This document shows, piece after piece, positions 16,518-29,409 of a DNA stretch of 64,000 nucleotides. Position 1 is the stretch's first letter, and each line of letters opens with the position of its first letter. The stretch spans positions 9,680 through 73,679 of the forward strand of contig JALHLU010000015.1 of assembly GCA_022844345.1 (NCBI GenBank). Reading direction: 5' to 3'. A model generated the notes under the pieces. It had not been told where the DNA came from, ran no database searches, and worked only from the letters and a program-made list of their open reading frames with translations. Position numbers and translations under genes: made by a program. The DNA is from Hyphomonadaceae bacterium (lineage in GTDB: Bacteria > Pseudomonadota > Alphaproteobacteria > Caulobacterales > Hyphomonadaceae).

Positions 16518-17153
16518 ATGCCGGAAAAAAGGGCGAAAAAGAGTGCGAAGCGTCCGGTGCGCCGCGCTTTGCAGTCGCGTTCAAGGGCGACTGTGGATGC
16601 GATCGTCAAAGCCACTGCTCGGATTCTGGCGGAACGGGGATGGACGGCGCTCAATACCAATGCGATTGCAGCCCGCGCCGGCGTGTCGATCGGATCCGTT
16701 TACGAGTACTTCCCCAACAAGCAATCCATTCTCAACGTGATCATTGATCGGCACCTGGCGGCAGGCGAAGCCAAACTCGCCGAAGCCACGAGTATTCTGT
16801 CCAGCGGAAAGGACGCTGATGATATAGTCGAGGCAGTGGTCTCTGGCTTCATCCAGTTACACCAGGATGATCCGCGATTGCATCGCGCCCTGTCTACCGA
16901 AGTCCCTATTTCACCCGCCCAACGCCGCCGGATCGAAGCGCTACGCTCGAAGATCGTCATTGCAGTGACATCAGCTCTTTCCGAGTACGTCGACGGCGCA
17001 GAACTCAAAGCGACACTGCTTGTCGAAACGGCAGATGCGCTCGCTCACAGATGGTTTGTCGATAAGGTCGGCCTGCCTGTATCTGCAAGCACGATGGCCG
17101 GTGAGACTTCGACGATGCTCAAGAGTTATGTGTCTGCAGGACGGTCAGATTAG
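16518..17153 (+). CDS. TetR/AcrR-family transcriptional regulator
   Basis: 211 aa. N-terminal HTH (TNAIAARAGVSIGSVYEYFPNK). Divergent from the hydrolase gene. Confidence 0.85.
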   Translation: MPEKRAKKSAKRPVRRALQSRSRATVDAIVKATARILAERGWTALNTNAIAARAGVSIGSVYEYFPNKQSILNVIIDRHLAAGEAKLAEATSILSSGKDADDIVEAVVSGFIQLHQDDPRLHRALSTEVPISPAQRRRIEALRSKIVIAVTSALSEYVDGAELKATLLVETADALAHRWFVDKVGLPVSASTMAGETSTMLKSYVSAGRSD

Positions 17154-17454
17154 AACTGTCCGGTAAACCAAGCAGGGTTTGCTAGGCCTTTAAAAAATTC
17201 CGGGTGCTTGCCCCACCACCCTGCTCCAGACGGTTTCCGAGCGTACGCGCGGCACGAACATCGCACAATGTCTCAACAGATGTGCGGAGAACGCGTTGCG
17301 AGACACGGCATGCGTCTCGAGGAACGCAGTGCTGATGTTCGATTCTTGAACCCATGCATCTCACTATGATCCGCACGCGCGCTACAGATACCATCCGGCC
17401 AAATTACGCCGAAGTTCGGAAAAGATGTACTGGCTTGATGTTGGGTTTTCGGGA

Positions 17455-17600
17455 GGCTTCGGCGTCGAAACACGCCGACCAGTTTCTCGATGACCATTTC
17501 CCGCTCTGAAGCGTTCTTGGAGTTCATGGCGCGGTACACGCAATGGCCACGCTGCAGCCGATACGCGCTCGGGCGAAGCAGCAATTTCGATGTCGAGCAA
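17455..17600 (-). pseudogene. 3' remnant of a csoR/rcnR-family gene
   Basis: The DNA aligns with the 3' end of csoR at 30847-30960. It translates to ...GHCVYRAMNSKNASEREMVIEKLVGVFRR, versus GHCVHRAMNSKNASEQEKVIEELVGVFRR in the intact copy. The stop codon is lost, the upstream part is out of frame, and the N-terminal half is absent. Confidence 0.75.
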
Positions 17601-17614
17601 AAGATCAGGCATAG

Positions 17615-18925
17615 CTAGTTGATAGGCCATTTTGGATGCCAGGCGTCGATGACCACCGCGTGCTCGTGCTTGCGGCCATGCTCTGCCAAGTGCGGGTGGT
17701 CTGCGGGGAGTTCCTCGTGGCGATGGGGAAGAATTTCTGGATCATGAGAGGGCCATAACAGCCAAGTCGCGAGCACCCCGATCGCCGACAGAATTCCGAG
17801 CACGAAGAACGCTGCGTTTGTTCCCCATGTCGAGCTGACCAATCCGGCGACCGGATAGGCGATCAACCAGCAGGCATGCGACAACGCGAAATAGGCAGCA
17901 AACAGGCCGGGGCGGTCTTCTGCCGACGCAGAACGGCGGAGCGCCCTACTCGCAGGTGTGAGCGTCAGCGAATACCCGATCCCGATATCGAACCACATCA
18001 CCAGAAGCTCGTAGTATCCACCGTGGTGATGGAAAGCGCCTGCGACGAGACCGGCCGTCATCATCACGCCGCCCAAAATCATCACGATGCGGTCGGGCAT
18101 GTCTTCCAGCAGACGTGGCACCAGCATCGCGGCTGACATCGATCCGAGCCCGAATACAGCTAGGGCCCAGGCGGTATGCTGCTCCGACAGTGACAACTGC
18201 GTTTGCACGATCACGACGGTGTTGATGAACACCATCGCGCCACCCGCAGCCGTGGCAAGGCTGATGGCAATCAATCCGCGAAGCCTCGGCGTAAGCGCAA
18301 AAAGCCGAAATCCAATCGTCAGGCGTTGCGCGAAGGTTTTTTGCTGAGGGACGCGCACGGTCCGGAGAGCTGCACTCAAGACCATTAGGGCGGACAGGAA
18401 GAATCCGATCGCTGTGCCAGCAAACAAGTCGTTGTACGCGACGAAGGCCAGCAGCACCGCGGCAATGACAGGGCTCGCGACACTCTCCAGGTCCGACGCC
18501 AGCCGCGACAGGGAAAGCGCTTTCGTGTACTCACGCTCGTCCGTCAGAATGTCGGGAATCATCGCCTGAAATGCGGGCGTGAATGCCGCAGACGCGACGT
18601 AGAGAACGGTCATCAGAGCATAGACCTGCCAAGCCTCCACCGCAAACGGCAGCAGAGCGGCGACACCTGCTCTGACCAGATCCAAACCGATCAGAAGCGT
18701 CTTCCGGGGGAGATTGGCTGCGAGCGCACTGGCAAACGGGGCCACGGCAACGTAGGCGATCATCTTGATCGCGAACGCTATACCGAGAATTTCTCCGGCG
18801 CTCGCGCCGCCAAGACGGTGAGCCAGAAGCCCGAGCGCAACGGTGGCGAGACCTGTGCCCAGCAACGCCACCACCTGCGCCGCGAAGAGGCGTCGGTAAG
18901 TAACGTTGCTGAGCGGCGAGAGCAT
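17615..18925 (-). CDS. MFS transporter with His-rich C-terminal tail (NreB/NrsD-like, putative Ni efflux)
   Basis: 436 aa counted from the ATG at 18925, with 12 TM segments. The tail is HDPEILPHRHEELPADHPHLAEHGRKHEH. The Ni assignment rests on analogy with NreB and on context. Confidence 0.7.
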   Translation of the reverse strand: MLSPLSNVTYRRLFAAQVVALLGTGLATVALGLLAHRLGGASAGEILGIAFAIKMIAYVAVAPFASALAANLPRKTLLIGLDLVRAGVAALLPFAVEAWQVYALMTVLYVASAAFTPAFQAMIPDILTDEREYTKALSLSRLASDLESVASPVIAAVLLAFVAYNDLFAGTAIGFFLSALMVLSAALRTVRVPQQKTFAQRLTIGFRLFALTPRLRGLIAISLATAAGGAMVFINTVVIVQTQLSLSEQHTAWALAVFGLGSMSAAMLVPRLLEDMPDRIVMILGGVMMTAGLVAGAFHHHGGYYELLVMWFDIGIGYSLTLTPASRALRRSASAEDRPGLFAAYFALSHACWLIAYPVAGLVSSTWGTNAAFFVLGILSAIGVLATWLLWPSHDPEILPHRHEELPADHPHLAEHGRKHEHAVVIDAWHPKWPIN

Positions 18926-18936
18926 CGCGACGATCC

Positions 18937-19605
18937 TCAGTCGTATTGTTTCAAGTCGGTGTAGTCGCCGCTGGTACGGAGCGTGATCGTGACGGGTTGG
19001 CCGCTGCGATTGCGCCAGAACCAGCCATGGCTTCCGGTGAAGGCGGCCGTCAGCTCGCCTTCCTGACGGTCCACATTCGTGCCCTTGCCGTAGCCGTGAT
19101 AGTTGATCCCGGCGCCGTCGCCATGGGTGTCGTAGTTCACCTTGGGACCGTTGGTGAACCATTCGAAGCGTGCAGTGACACCTTTCTCCATGACCAGCTT
19201 GACCTCGTAGCCATCATCGGGCGCGAGATTGACCGTCGTCGTATCAGACCAGGTCTGGGCTTGCGGCGCTGAAGGTGCGGGGGTCGGCTGTACCGCCGCG
19301 GCCGGCAAGGCTTCTGCTGGCGCGGCGGGCGGCACGACATTGGTGGATGGCTGCGCGGCGCCTTGGGACGCAGCAACGTCTGCAGCCGCGTCCGCCTTTG
19401 CCTCTTCCGCAAGCTGCATCTTGATGCGGCCCATCTCTGTCAGGCCAAGCAGGGAGCCCACGCCTGTCGGGTCGACGCCGTACTCCGCGGGAAGCACCGT
19501 CGTCACCAGGAGTGCGCTGGCGATAACCGCTGCGATGCCTGTGGATTTGAGGAGCCTGCCAGTCGAGGGCAGCTCTGAGGGATCAGGTCTTTCTGCGTTG
19601 AACAT
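18937..19605 (-). CDS. membrane-anchored protein of unknown function (partner of the HupE/UreJ-like gene)
   Basis: 222 aa: one N-terminal TM helix, an Ala/Pro-rich linker, and a C-terminal beta-rich domain (YEVKLVMEKGVTARFEWFTNG...HGWFWRNRSGQPVTITL). Confidence 0.6.
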   Translation of the reverse strand: MFNAERPDPSELPSTGRLLKSTGIAAVIASALLVTTVLPAEYGVDPTGVGSLLGLTEMGRIKMQLAEEAKADAAADVAASQGAAQPSTNVVPPAAPAEALPAAAVQPTPAPSAPQAQTWSDTTTVNLAPDDGYEVKLVMEKGVTARFEWFTNGPKVNYDTHGDGAGINYHGYGKGTNVDRQEGELTAAFTGSHGWFWRNRSGQPVTITLRTSGDYTDLKQYD

Positions 19606-19618
19606 GGAATGTCTCCGA

Positions 19619-20353
19619 TCAAGCGACGAAGTAGCCGACGAGCTGATAGCCCATCAGGACGAAACCGAGGGTCATGACAACCGTATTGGCCAGATAGGCG
19701 TGCTTCCAGAAGCTGGGCGTCTTGCGCCAGAAACCCATCACGATGAGAATGCCACCCAGGGCCAGAAGCTGACCCAGTTCAACACCGATGTTGAAAGCGA
19801 TCAGGTTGGCGACGAGGCCGTCAGGCGACATCTCGAAGTCCTGCAGCTTGGTCGCAAGACCAAAGCCGTGGAACAGGCCAAAGACAAGCGTCGCAGCCTT
19901 GGTATTTGGCTGGAAGCCAAACCAGCGCTGGTAGGCGCCCATATTGTCGAGCGCCTTATAGACGACTGAGAGACCGATGATCGCATCCACGAGGTAAGAG
20001 CTGACGCTGATATTGCTGAGCACGCCGAACAGCAGCGTCACAGAATGTCCAATCGCGAACATCGTCACGTAGATGCCGATATCCTTCATCTTGTAGAGGA
20101 AGAAGATCACGCCAAAGAGGAAGAGCAGATGGTCGTATCCCGTCACCATGTGCTTGGCGCCAAGATAGACGAAAGGCAGGAACACGATTCCGCTCGTCTC
20201 CTGAATGTAGCCCTTGTCGCCAGCTTCAACGCCGTGGGCGAAGGCTGGCTGGGAGAACAGCAACACCAGAAGCAGCGACGCGAGGACCCACCGGTGAACG
20301 TAGATCCAGGACGCCGCTGGATACGCGGATCTTTGGAACAGTGCGTCAATCAT
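19619..20353 (-). CDS. HupE/UreJ-family membrane protein (Ni/Co transporter family)
   Basis: 244 aa counted from the ATG at 20353, with GGAG 6 nt upstream. Signal-like N-terminus ending AFAHG. Multiple TM helices, GYDHLLFLFG and GHS motifs. Confidence 0.75.
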   Translation of the reverse strand: MIDALFQRSAYPAASWIYVHRWVLASLLLVLLFSQPAFAHGVEAGDKGYIQETSGIVFLPFVYLGAKHMVTGYDHLLFLFGVIFFLYKMKDIGIYVTMFAIGHSVTLLFGVLSNISVSSYLVDAIIGLSVVYKALDNMGAYQRWFGFQPNTKAATLVFGLFHGFGLATKLQDFEMSPDGLVANLIAFNIGVELGQLLALGGILIVMGFWRKTPSFWKHAYLANTVVMTLGFVLMGYQLVGYFVA

Positions 20354-20770
20354 GCGGAACTCCATCGACGACCCGAAGCTGCAGCACGCCGCCTGCCCCA
20401 AGCGCCTCACCTGGGATAGTGGCGGACACGCGGGCCGTCCCCATCTCCCGCAAGGAAGTGAAAGGATACAGGGTGGCGTCCTGCGTTGCGACAACGACGC
20501 CTGCATCGTTGAGAACCTCGACATGAACGTGTTCACGCAGTGGCTCGCGCGGCAGCGCGCTGCGATCGACCTGCCCCGCCAGCTTGATGGTCTGCCCATC
20601 ATGTCGCGCCTCGACGCCCCATATCTTGATCTGCTCGCCAAGTACGAGTTTTACCGGAACCAGCGATTCCGAACTGGTTACGGTTGTACAGGCGGCAGCC
20701 GCGAGTAGCGCGGACAGAACCGCAGGTTTACTGACCATCGCTTCTCTCCAGAGTCTGATTTGCAGGTTCA

Positions 20771-20771
<1 letters not shown>
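20346..20771 (-). CDS. small lipoprotein of unknown function downstream of the RND gene (paralogue of 6120-6536)
   Basis: 141 aa. Its ATG overlaps the RND stop codon by 1 nt (TGATG). Lipobox-like LLAAAAC. Shares the WGV and EHVHVE motifs with the paralogue. Confidence 0.65.
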
Positions 20772-25211
<4,440 letters not shown>

Positions 25212-25215
<4 letters not shown>

Positions 25216-26471
25216 TGGACCGCGCCGGCAGCATAGCCACCGAGCAAGCGTTTGAGCGCCGTGCGGGCGCGATGATAGGAATCAAGGGCGGAGATGCGCT
25301 GGAGCCGGGCAGTCGACAGGACGCGCTGCGCATCCAGCACATCCAGGTACGAGAAGCCGCCCTGATTGTATCCTTCCCGAGCACGCTCAACCGCTTCTTC
25401 GGCCGCCGGAATCAGGCGCTCATCGATGGCGACAATCTCCCGGGCCGCGATGTTCATCTGAGACCTCGCCGACGCGGCCTGCCTTTCGATGTTCCGCTGG
25501 AGCACCTCACCTTCGAGACGGGCGCGGGAGCTTTCGGCTGAAGCCCTCGCCACCGCCCCGCTGTTGTCATCGTTGACGCCCAGAGGAATTGAGAAGCCTA
25601 CGACGAACGCTGCCTCGCTTCCGTCCCTGAAATACCGGAGACCCGCTGAAACCGTGGGGTCGAGTGTCGACCGCGCACGCTCTACGGCAATGCGGGCCTC
25701 GGCTTCCTGCTGCGCTGCTCGCGCGACGGCAATTTCAGGGGCAAGCGATGCGCTGTCCACGAAGAGCCCAGACACGGTATCGAACGTCGACATTTCGACC
25801 TGGAAATTGCTCGCCCCGCCCCAGTACGTGGCGAGATGATCGCGGGCAGCGGCGTCTGCCAGACGCGCATTTTCAACAGCAATCTCGGCGTCCGCCACCA
25901 GGGTATTCGATCGGGAAGAAGCCAGCAGCGGATCGCGCGCTGCCTCAACTCGCCGTTGAACGGTAGCTGCGACCTCACGCGCCAGCGCCAGACGCTCTTC
26001 GGCGACCTGAAGGTCGGCCTGTGCGCGCTGAACGTCGACGTAGGCAATTTCTACATCATGGAGCAGATCCTGGCGGGCAACATCGCCGAGAGCGCGGATG
26101 CTGTTCCCTTGGCGCACGGCAAGCTGCGTTCTCGCTTCACGATCTCCTCCCCATTCAAGTGTCTGGTTGAAAGTGAGCGTCGCTTCCGTGCGGTCGATAC
26201 CCTGGTACAGGCCCGTGCCGAGAGCGTTCTCGAGCAGGAAATCGATCGAGGGGTTGATGCCGCGATCCGCCTGACGAACGCCAGCGTCTGCCGCTTCACG
26301 GGCAGCTTCGCTGGCCCGGACGACAGGCGTCTCGCCCAGCGACCGCGCAAATGCGTCGGCCAGGCTGATCTGCGGGCCGTCGGCAGCAGCCTGCCCGTAC
26401 GCTACCTGCCCCGATGCGAGGCAAGCTGCGCACGCAGCCCCAACAAGGGCTGCATAGTGATGAGATGACAC
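25212..26471 (-). CDS. outer-membrane efflux factor (TolC/CzcC/CnrC family)
   Basis: 419 aa with a signal peptide and OEP repeat architecture. First large gene of the second RND operon. Confidence 0.88.
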
Positions 26472-26529
26472 GGAAAACTCCTCTGTCGCAAACCGTCAGT
26501 GCCCGCAAAACGCGGACGCATTGTCTGGA

Positions 26530-26934
26530 TCAGAGGAAAGTGCGCGGCGGCTTCTTGAGTGGCGAGAAGTGGCCGGAGACGCGAACAATGGATTGTTCGG
26601 ACCGGTTCAGAACCGCCGTGGAGATCAGTTCCGGAATTGCAGAAGACCCGCTGACGGTGGTGAAGGACGCGACCGCATGAACATGCATGCCGCCGTGTTC
26701 GGCGGGCGCGGTGTCGTTGCCGAGGTCGTCGTCGTGATGATCGAGGGCTTCGTCGTGGTCCTGGCCGTGGGGTTCATCATGATCATCATGGCCTGCATCC
26801 AGAGCGACGGCATGGATGGCGTAGCCAGTAGCGTCGTGATGATCGTGCGCATGCGCCGGGGCAGCCGCAATGAGGCCATAGCTTGCAAAGGCAAGCGTCA
26901 GGCAAAGGCTCACGAGGCGCCGGGCAAATGACAT
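26530..26934 (-). CDS. small secreted His/Asp-rich protein preceding the OMF gene
   Basis: 134 aa counted from the ATG at 26934. Signal peptide MSFARRLVSLCLTLAFASYGLIAAAPAHA. Contains HDHHD...HDDHDEPHGQDHDEALDHHDDD...HGGMHVH and ends in PLKKPPRTFL. Confidence 0.6.
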   Translation of the reverse strand: MSFARRLVSLCLTLAFASYGLIAAAPAHAHDHHDATGYAIHAVALDAGHDDHDEPHGQDHDEALDHHDDDLGNDTAPAEHGGMHVHAVASFTTVSGSSAIPELISTAVLNRSEQSIVRVSGHFSPLKKPPRTFL

Positions 26935-27311
26935 AGATTCAAACTGGCAGCGAATTGTTGCATTTTGCTGAACACGTCCCTTTAACCCCGAAATAGAGCT
27001 ACGGGAATTGCACTCGCTCAGCAGGTGCAGCAATTTCACGCCATCGTGTGCGGATTCGCTGGCATGCCCGGAGCATCAGACGCAGCTCGCAGCGCACTAC
27101 AGACGCTTGCACGCTGGTGCGCGGTTGCGGCCTTCCGCATTTTCAGCCGCCACCTGCGCTACGAGCGAGCAATGTCCCGATCCACGAAAAGACCGCTTTG
27201 AACTCACCCATGGCCTGCAAACCTGGTTGGACAATTCCCCTGGCAGGGTCGAAGGTCGATCTATGCAGGCGCCCGAACCGAGGCGACACAGTCTCGCGAA
27301 CAGTGGTGAGT

Positions 27312-28346
27312 ATGCCTATGAAAATGGCTCGTCTGTTTTGTCTGGCGTTAGCCGCAATCGGCGCGACGGCGACGGCTCAAGAGGTTTCGAAATACACTCC
27401 GTCCCGGACAAGCTGGGGGGCGCCGGACCTGCAGGGCGTGTGGAACAATACGTCGCTCACTCAACTGGAGCGACCTTCACGGATAGATAAGCTCGCGGTC
27501 AGCGCAGAAGAAGCAGCGTTTCTGGCCCGCCAGCACACCTATACACGCGCAGCCTATCAAGACGGCAGTCAGTCCAGACTGGATACAGAGTCGTCCCGGC
27601 GCTTGCTGGCCGACAAGAACACCTCACGCGCTTACAACAGTTTCTGGCTGGATCCCGGAACGGGCTACGCTCAGGTGAGAGGCGAATACCGCACGTCGTG
27701 GATCACAGAGCCAGGTGATGGCCGCATTCCCTATCGCGACCCAGCCAGCGCAACACGCCCTCGGACGCAGATATTCGATGGACCTGAAGCGCGGCCTCAG
27801 TCGGAACGATGTCTGATGAGCTTTACGGGCGGGGCCGGGCCCGTGATGAACAGCGGTCTGTACAACAGCAACTACCAGATTGTGCAGACGCCCGGCTATG
27901 TGATGATTCTCAGCGAGATGATCCATGATGTCCGCATCATCCCCATGGGAGGCCAGCATGCATCGCGCGACATTCCGAAATGGGGCGGTGATGCGATCGG
28001 CTGGTATGAGGGCGACACGCTCGTAGTCGAGACGGTGAACCCCAACCCCGGGCAGCGGTCATACATTTCCGCAGCCGGAAAGCTAACTGAGCGCTTCACC
28101 CGCTGGAGCAATGGGCAAATCGTCTATGAGTTCACCGTAGACGACCCGACGCTTTATACGAAAACATGGAACGGCGAGATTGCGCTCAACGCTTCAAAGC
28201 AGCCTTTGTATGAGTACGCATGCCATGAAGGAAACTACGCTCTCCCCAGTATACTGAACGGCGCCCGCGTCCTTGAGCGTGAAGGACGTGAGCAACCTCC
28301 GATCAAGGAACCATACCCCGGCGTTGATGTTTCGGAGGGCCAGTAG
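27312..28346 (+). CDS. secreted protein of unknown function
   Basis: 344 aa counted from the ATG at 27312. Signal peptide MPMKMARLFCLALAAIGATATAQE. A conserved-looking YEYACHEGNY motif lies near the C-terminus. No family name that I can support. Confidence 0.6.
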   Translation: MPMKMARLFCLALAAIGATATAQEVSKYTPSRTSWGAPDLQGVWNNTSLTQLERPSRIDKLAVSAEEAAFLARQHTYTRAAYQDGSQSRLDTESSRRLLADKNTSRAYNSFWLDPGTGYAQVRGEYRTSWITEPGDGRIPYRDPASATRPRTQIFDGPEARPQSERCLMSFTGGAGPVMNSGLYNSNYQIVQTPGYVMILSEMIHDVRIIPMGGQHASRDIPKWGGDAIGWYEGDTLVVETVNPNPGQRSYISAAGKLTERFTRWSNGQIVYEFTVDDPTLYTKTWNGEIALNASKQPLYEYACHEGNYALPSILNGARVLEREGREQPPIKEPYPGVDVSEGQ

Positions 28347-28864
28347 ACGAACTCGCGTAGAGGGAGCGGCTGCAACCCATTGCAAGAGATTGCTGCAAAC
28401 CCTGTAACGCGGGCAACAGATTGTTTCGCAAACGTTAGGCTCGGTTGCGTCAAAGTCTGCGTATTACAACTGGCTCGCAGTCCGGGGAGGAGGAGTTGCT
28501 CCGCGATGGGGTCAGCGCGCTTCAACAACTGCTTTCCGCTTTGACCGCTGATAGCGCGCCGTCAGCGTCAAATCGGAATTTCTCGAAAGGGCCGCGAGTT
28601 TGCCGATCCCCGAAATGTGGCGATGCGGCTGAGTCGATCCAGTTACGTCATTCAGGCGGCGGGACGTGCTGCGGCGGGAGCTCGCCCAATAAGCGTCGTT
28701 CGTAATCTTCGGGGTTTCAGGCCGGATTGGCGAGATCACAAATTAAGCCTGGGTAAGCGCTTCTCCAGCATGCCAACTGTGTCCGGAAGATGAGCAACCT
28801 CCGTAGTTAAAGCTTCGGACTTGCGGCGGCCGGCTCCCGGACAAGCTGCGCGTTCGTTGATATG

Positions 28865-29194
28865 TCAGCTTGGCGTCTTCATGCTCATCATGCCCGAATG
28901 CATTTTCATCATCGACGCGCAGCGTTCGTCTTTCGTCATCTCTGCATGAGGCATCTTGTGACACGCCATCATGACTGCCATGTCCGCTTCCGACATTTTC
29001 ATGCTGGTCATCATGCTGGTGCAACCAGGGCTCTTCATCATGTCTTCGTGCGACATGGACATGCACGATTGCATCATCATGTGATCCGCGTCGGCCATCT
29101 TCATGTCGGCTCGCGGCGCTGGAGCTTGAGCGCAGCCTGCAGCAGCGAAGGCAATCGCGGCGATTGCGAATGCAGCACGTTTTGACGAAATCAT
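28865..29194 (-). CDS. Met/Cys-rich small lipoprotein (putative periplasmic soft-metal binder)
   Basis: 109 aa. GGGAGA RBS and lipobox AAAGC. The mature part is dominated by Met, with four C-containing repeats (QSCMSM, PGCTSMM, MACHKM, RCASMM). Confidence 0.65.
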   Translation of the reverse strand: MISSKRAAFAIAAIAFAAAGCAQAPAPRADMKMADADHMMMQSCMSMSHEDMMKSPGCTSMMTSMKMSEADMAVMMACHKMPHAEMTKDERCASMMKMHSGMMSMKTPS

Positions 29195-29409
29195 GGTTAT
29201 TCTCCCTAAGGCCCGCCGGTGGGTGGGCAAATACAGAACGCCTGAAATGAGGCACATCGTGGCGTACGAACCTCGGCTGATGCTCCAAGCAAGCTATGGC
29301 CAAGCATTCGCAATAAGAGCTGGACAATGTCTTGCGTTGGATCAAGCTGACGGTCTTTGACGCGACACAATCTTGTAGGCGTTATTCACCGCACAGGAGG
29401 GCGCGCGAC

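Noticed and set aside
27034-27044. GCGTGAAATT on the minus strand upstream of the second RND operon, resembling GCGTGAATT upstream of the cnrY-like gene, as a possible shared ECF -35
   Set aside because: Only one short block is shared. The spacing to any CGTA-like -10 differs (CCGTAGC is present but mis-spaced). It does not match the better-supported GAGGG-N16-CGT layout. It is too weak to call.
28459-28468. CTGCGTATTA motif resembling the ECF -10 block
   Set aside because: There is no GAGGG-like -35 at the expected distance and no credible downstream + strand gene. It is probably a chance match.
28862-29185. 107-aa His-rich ORF on the + strand (…HAHHARMHFHH…), tempting as a metal-binding protein
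   Set aside because: It is the antisense mirror of the Met-rich gene, since ATG codons read as CAT on the other strand. The minus-strand frame has an RBS, a signal peptide and a lipobox. The + frame has none of these and is Arg-rich.
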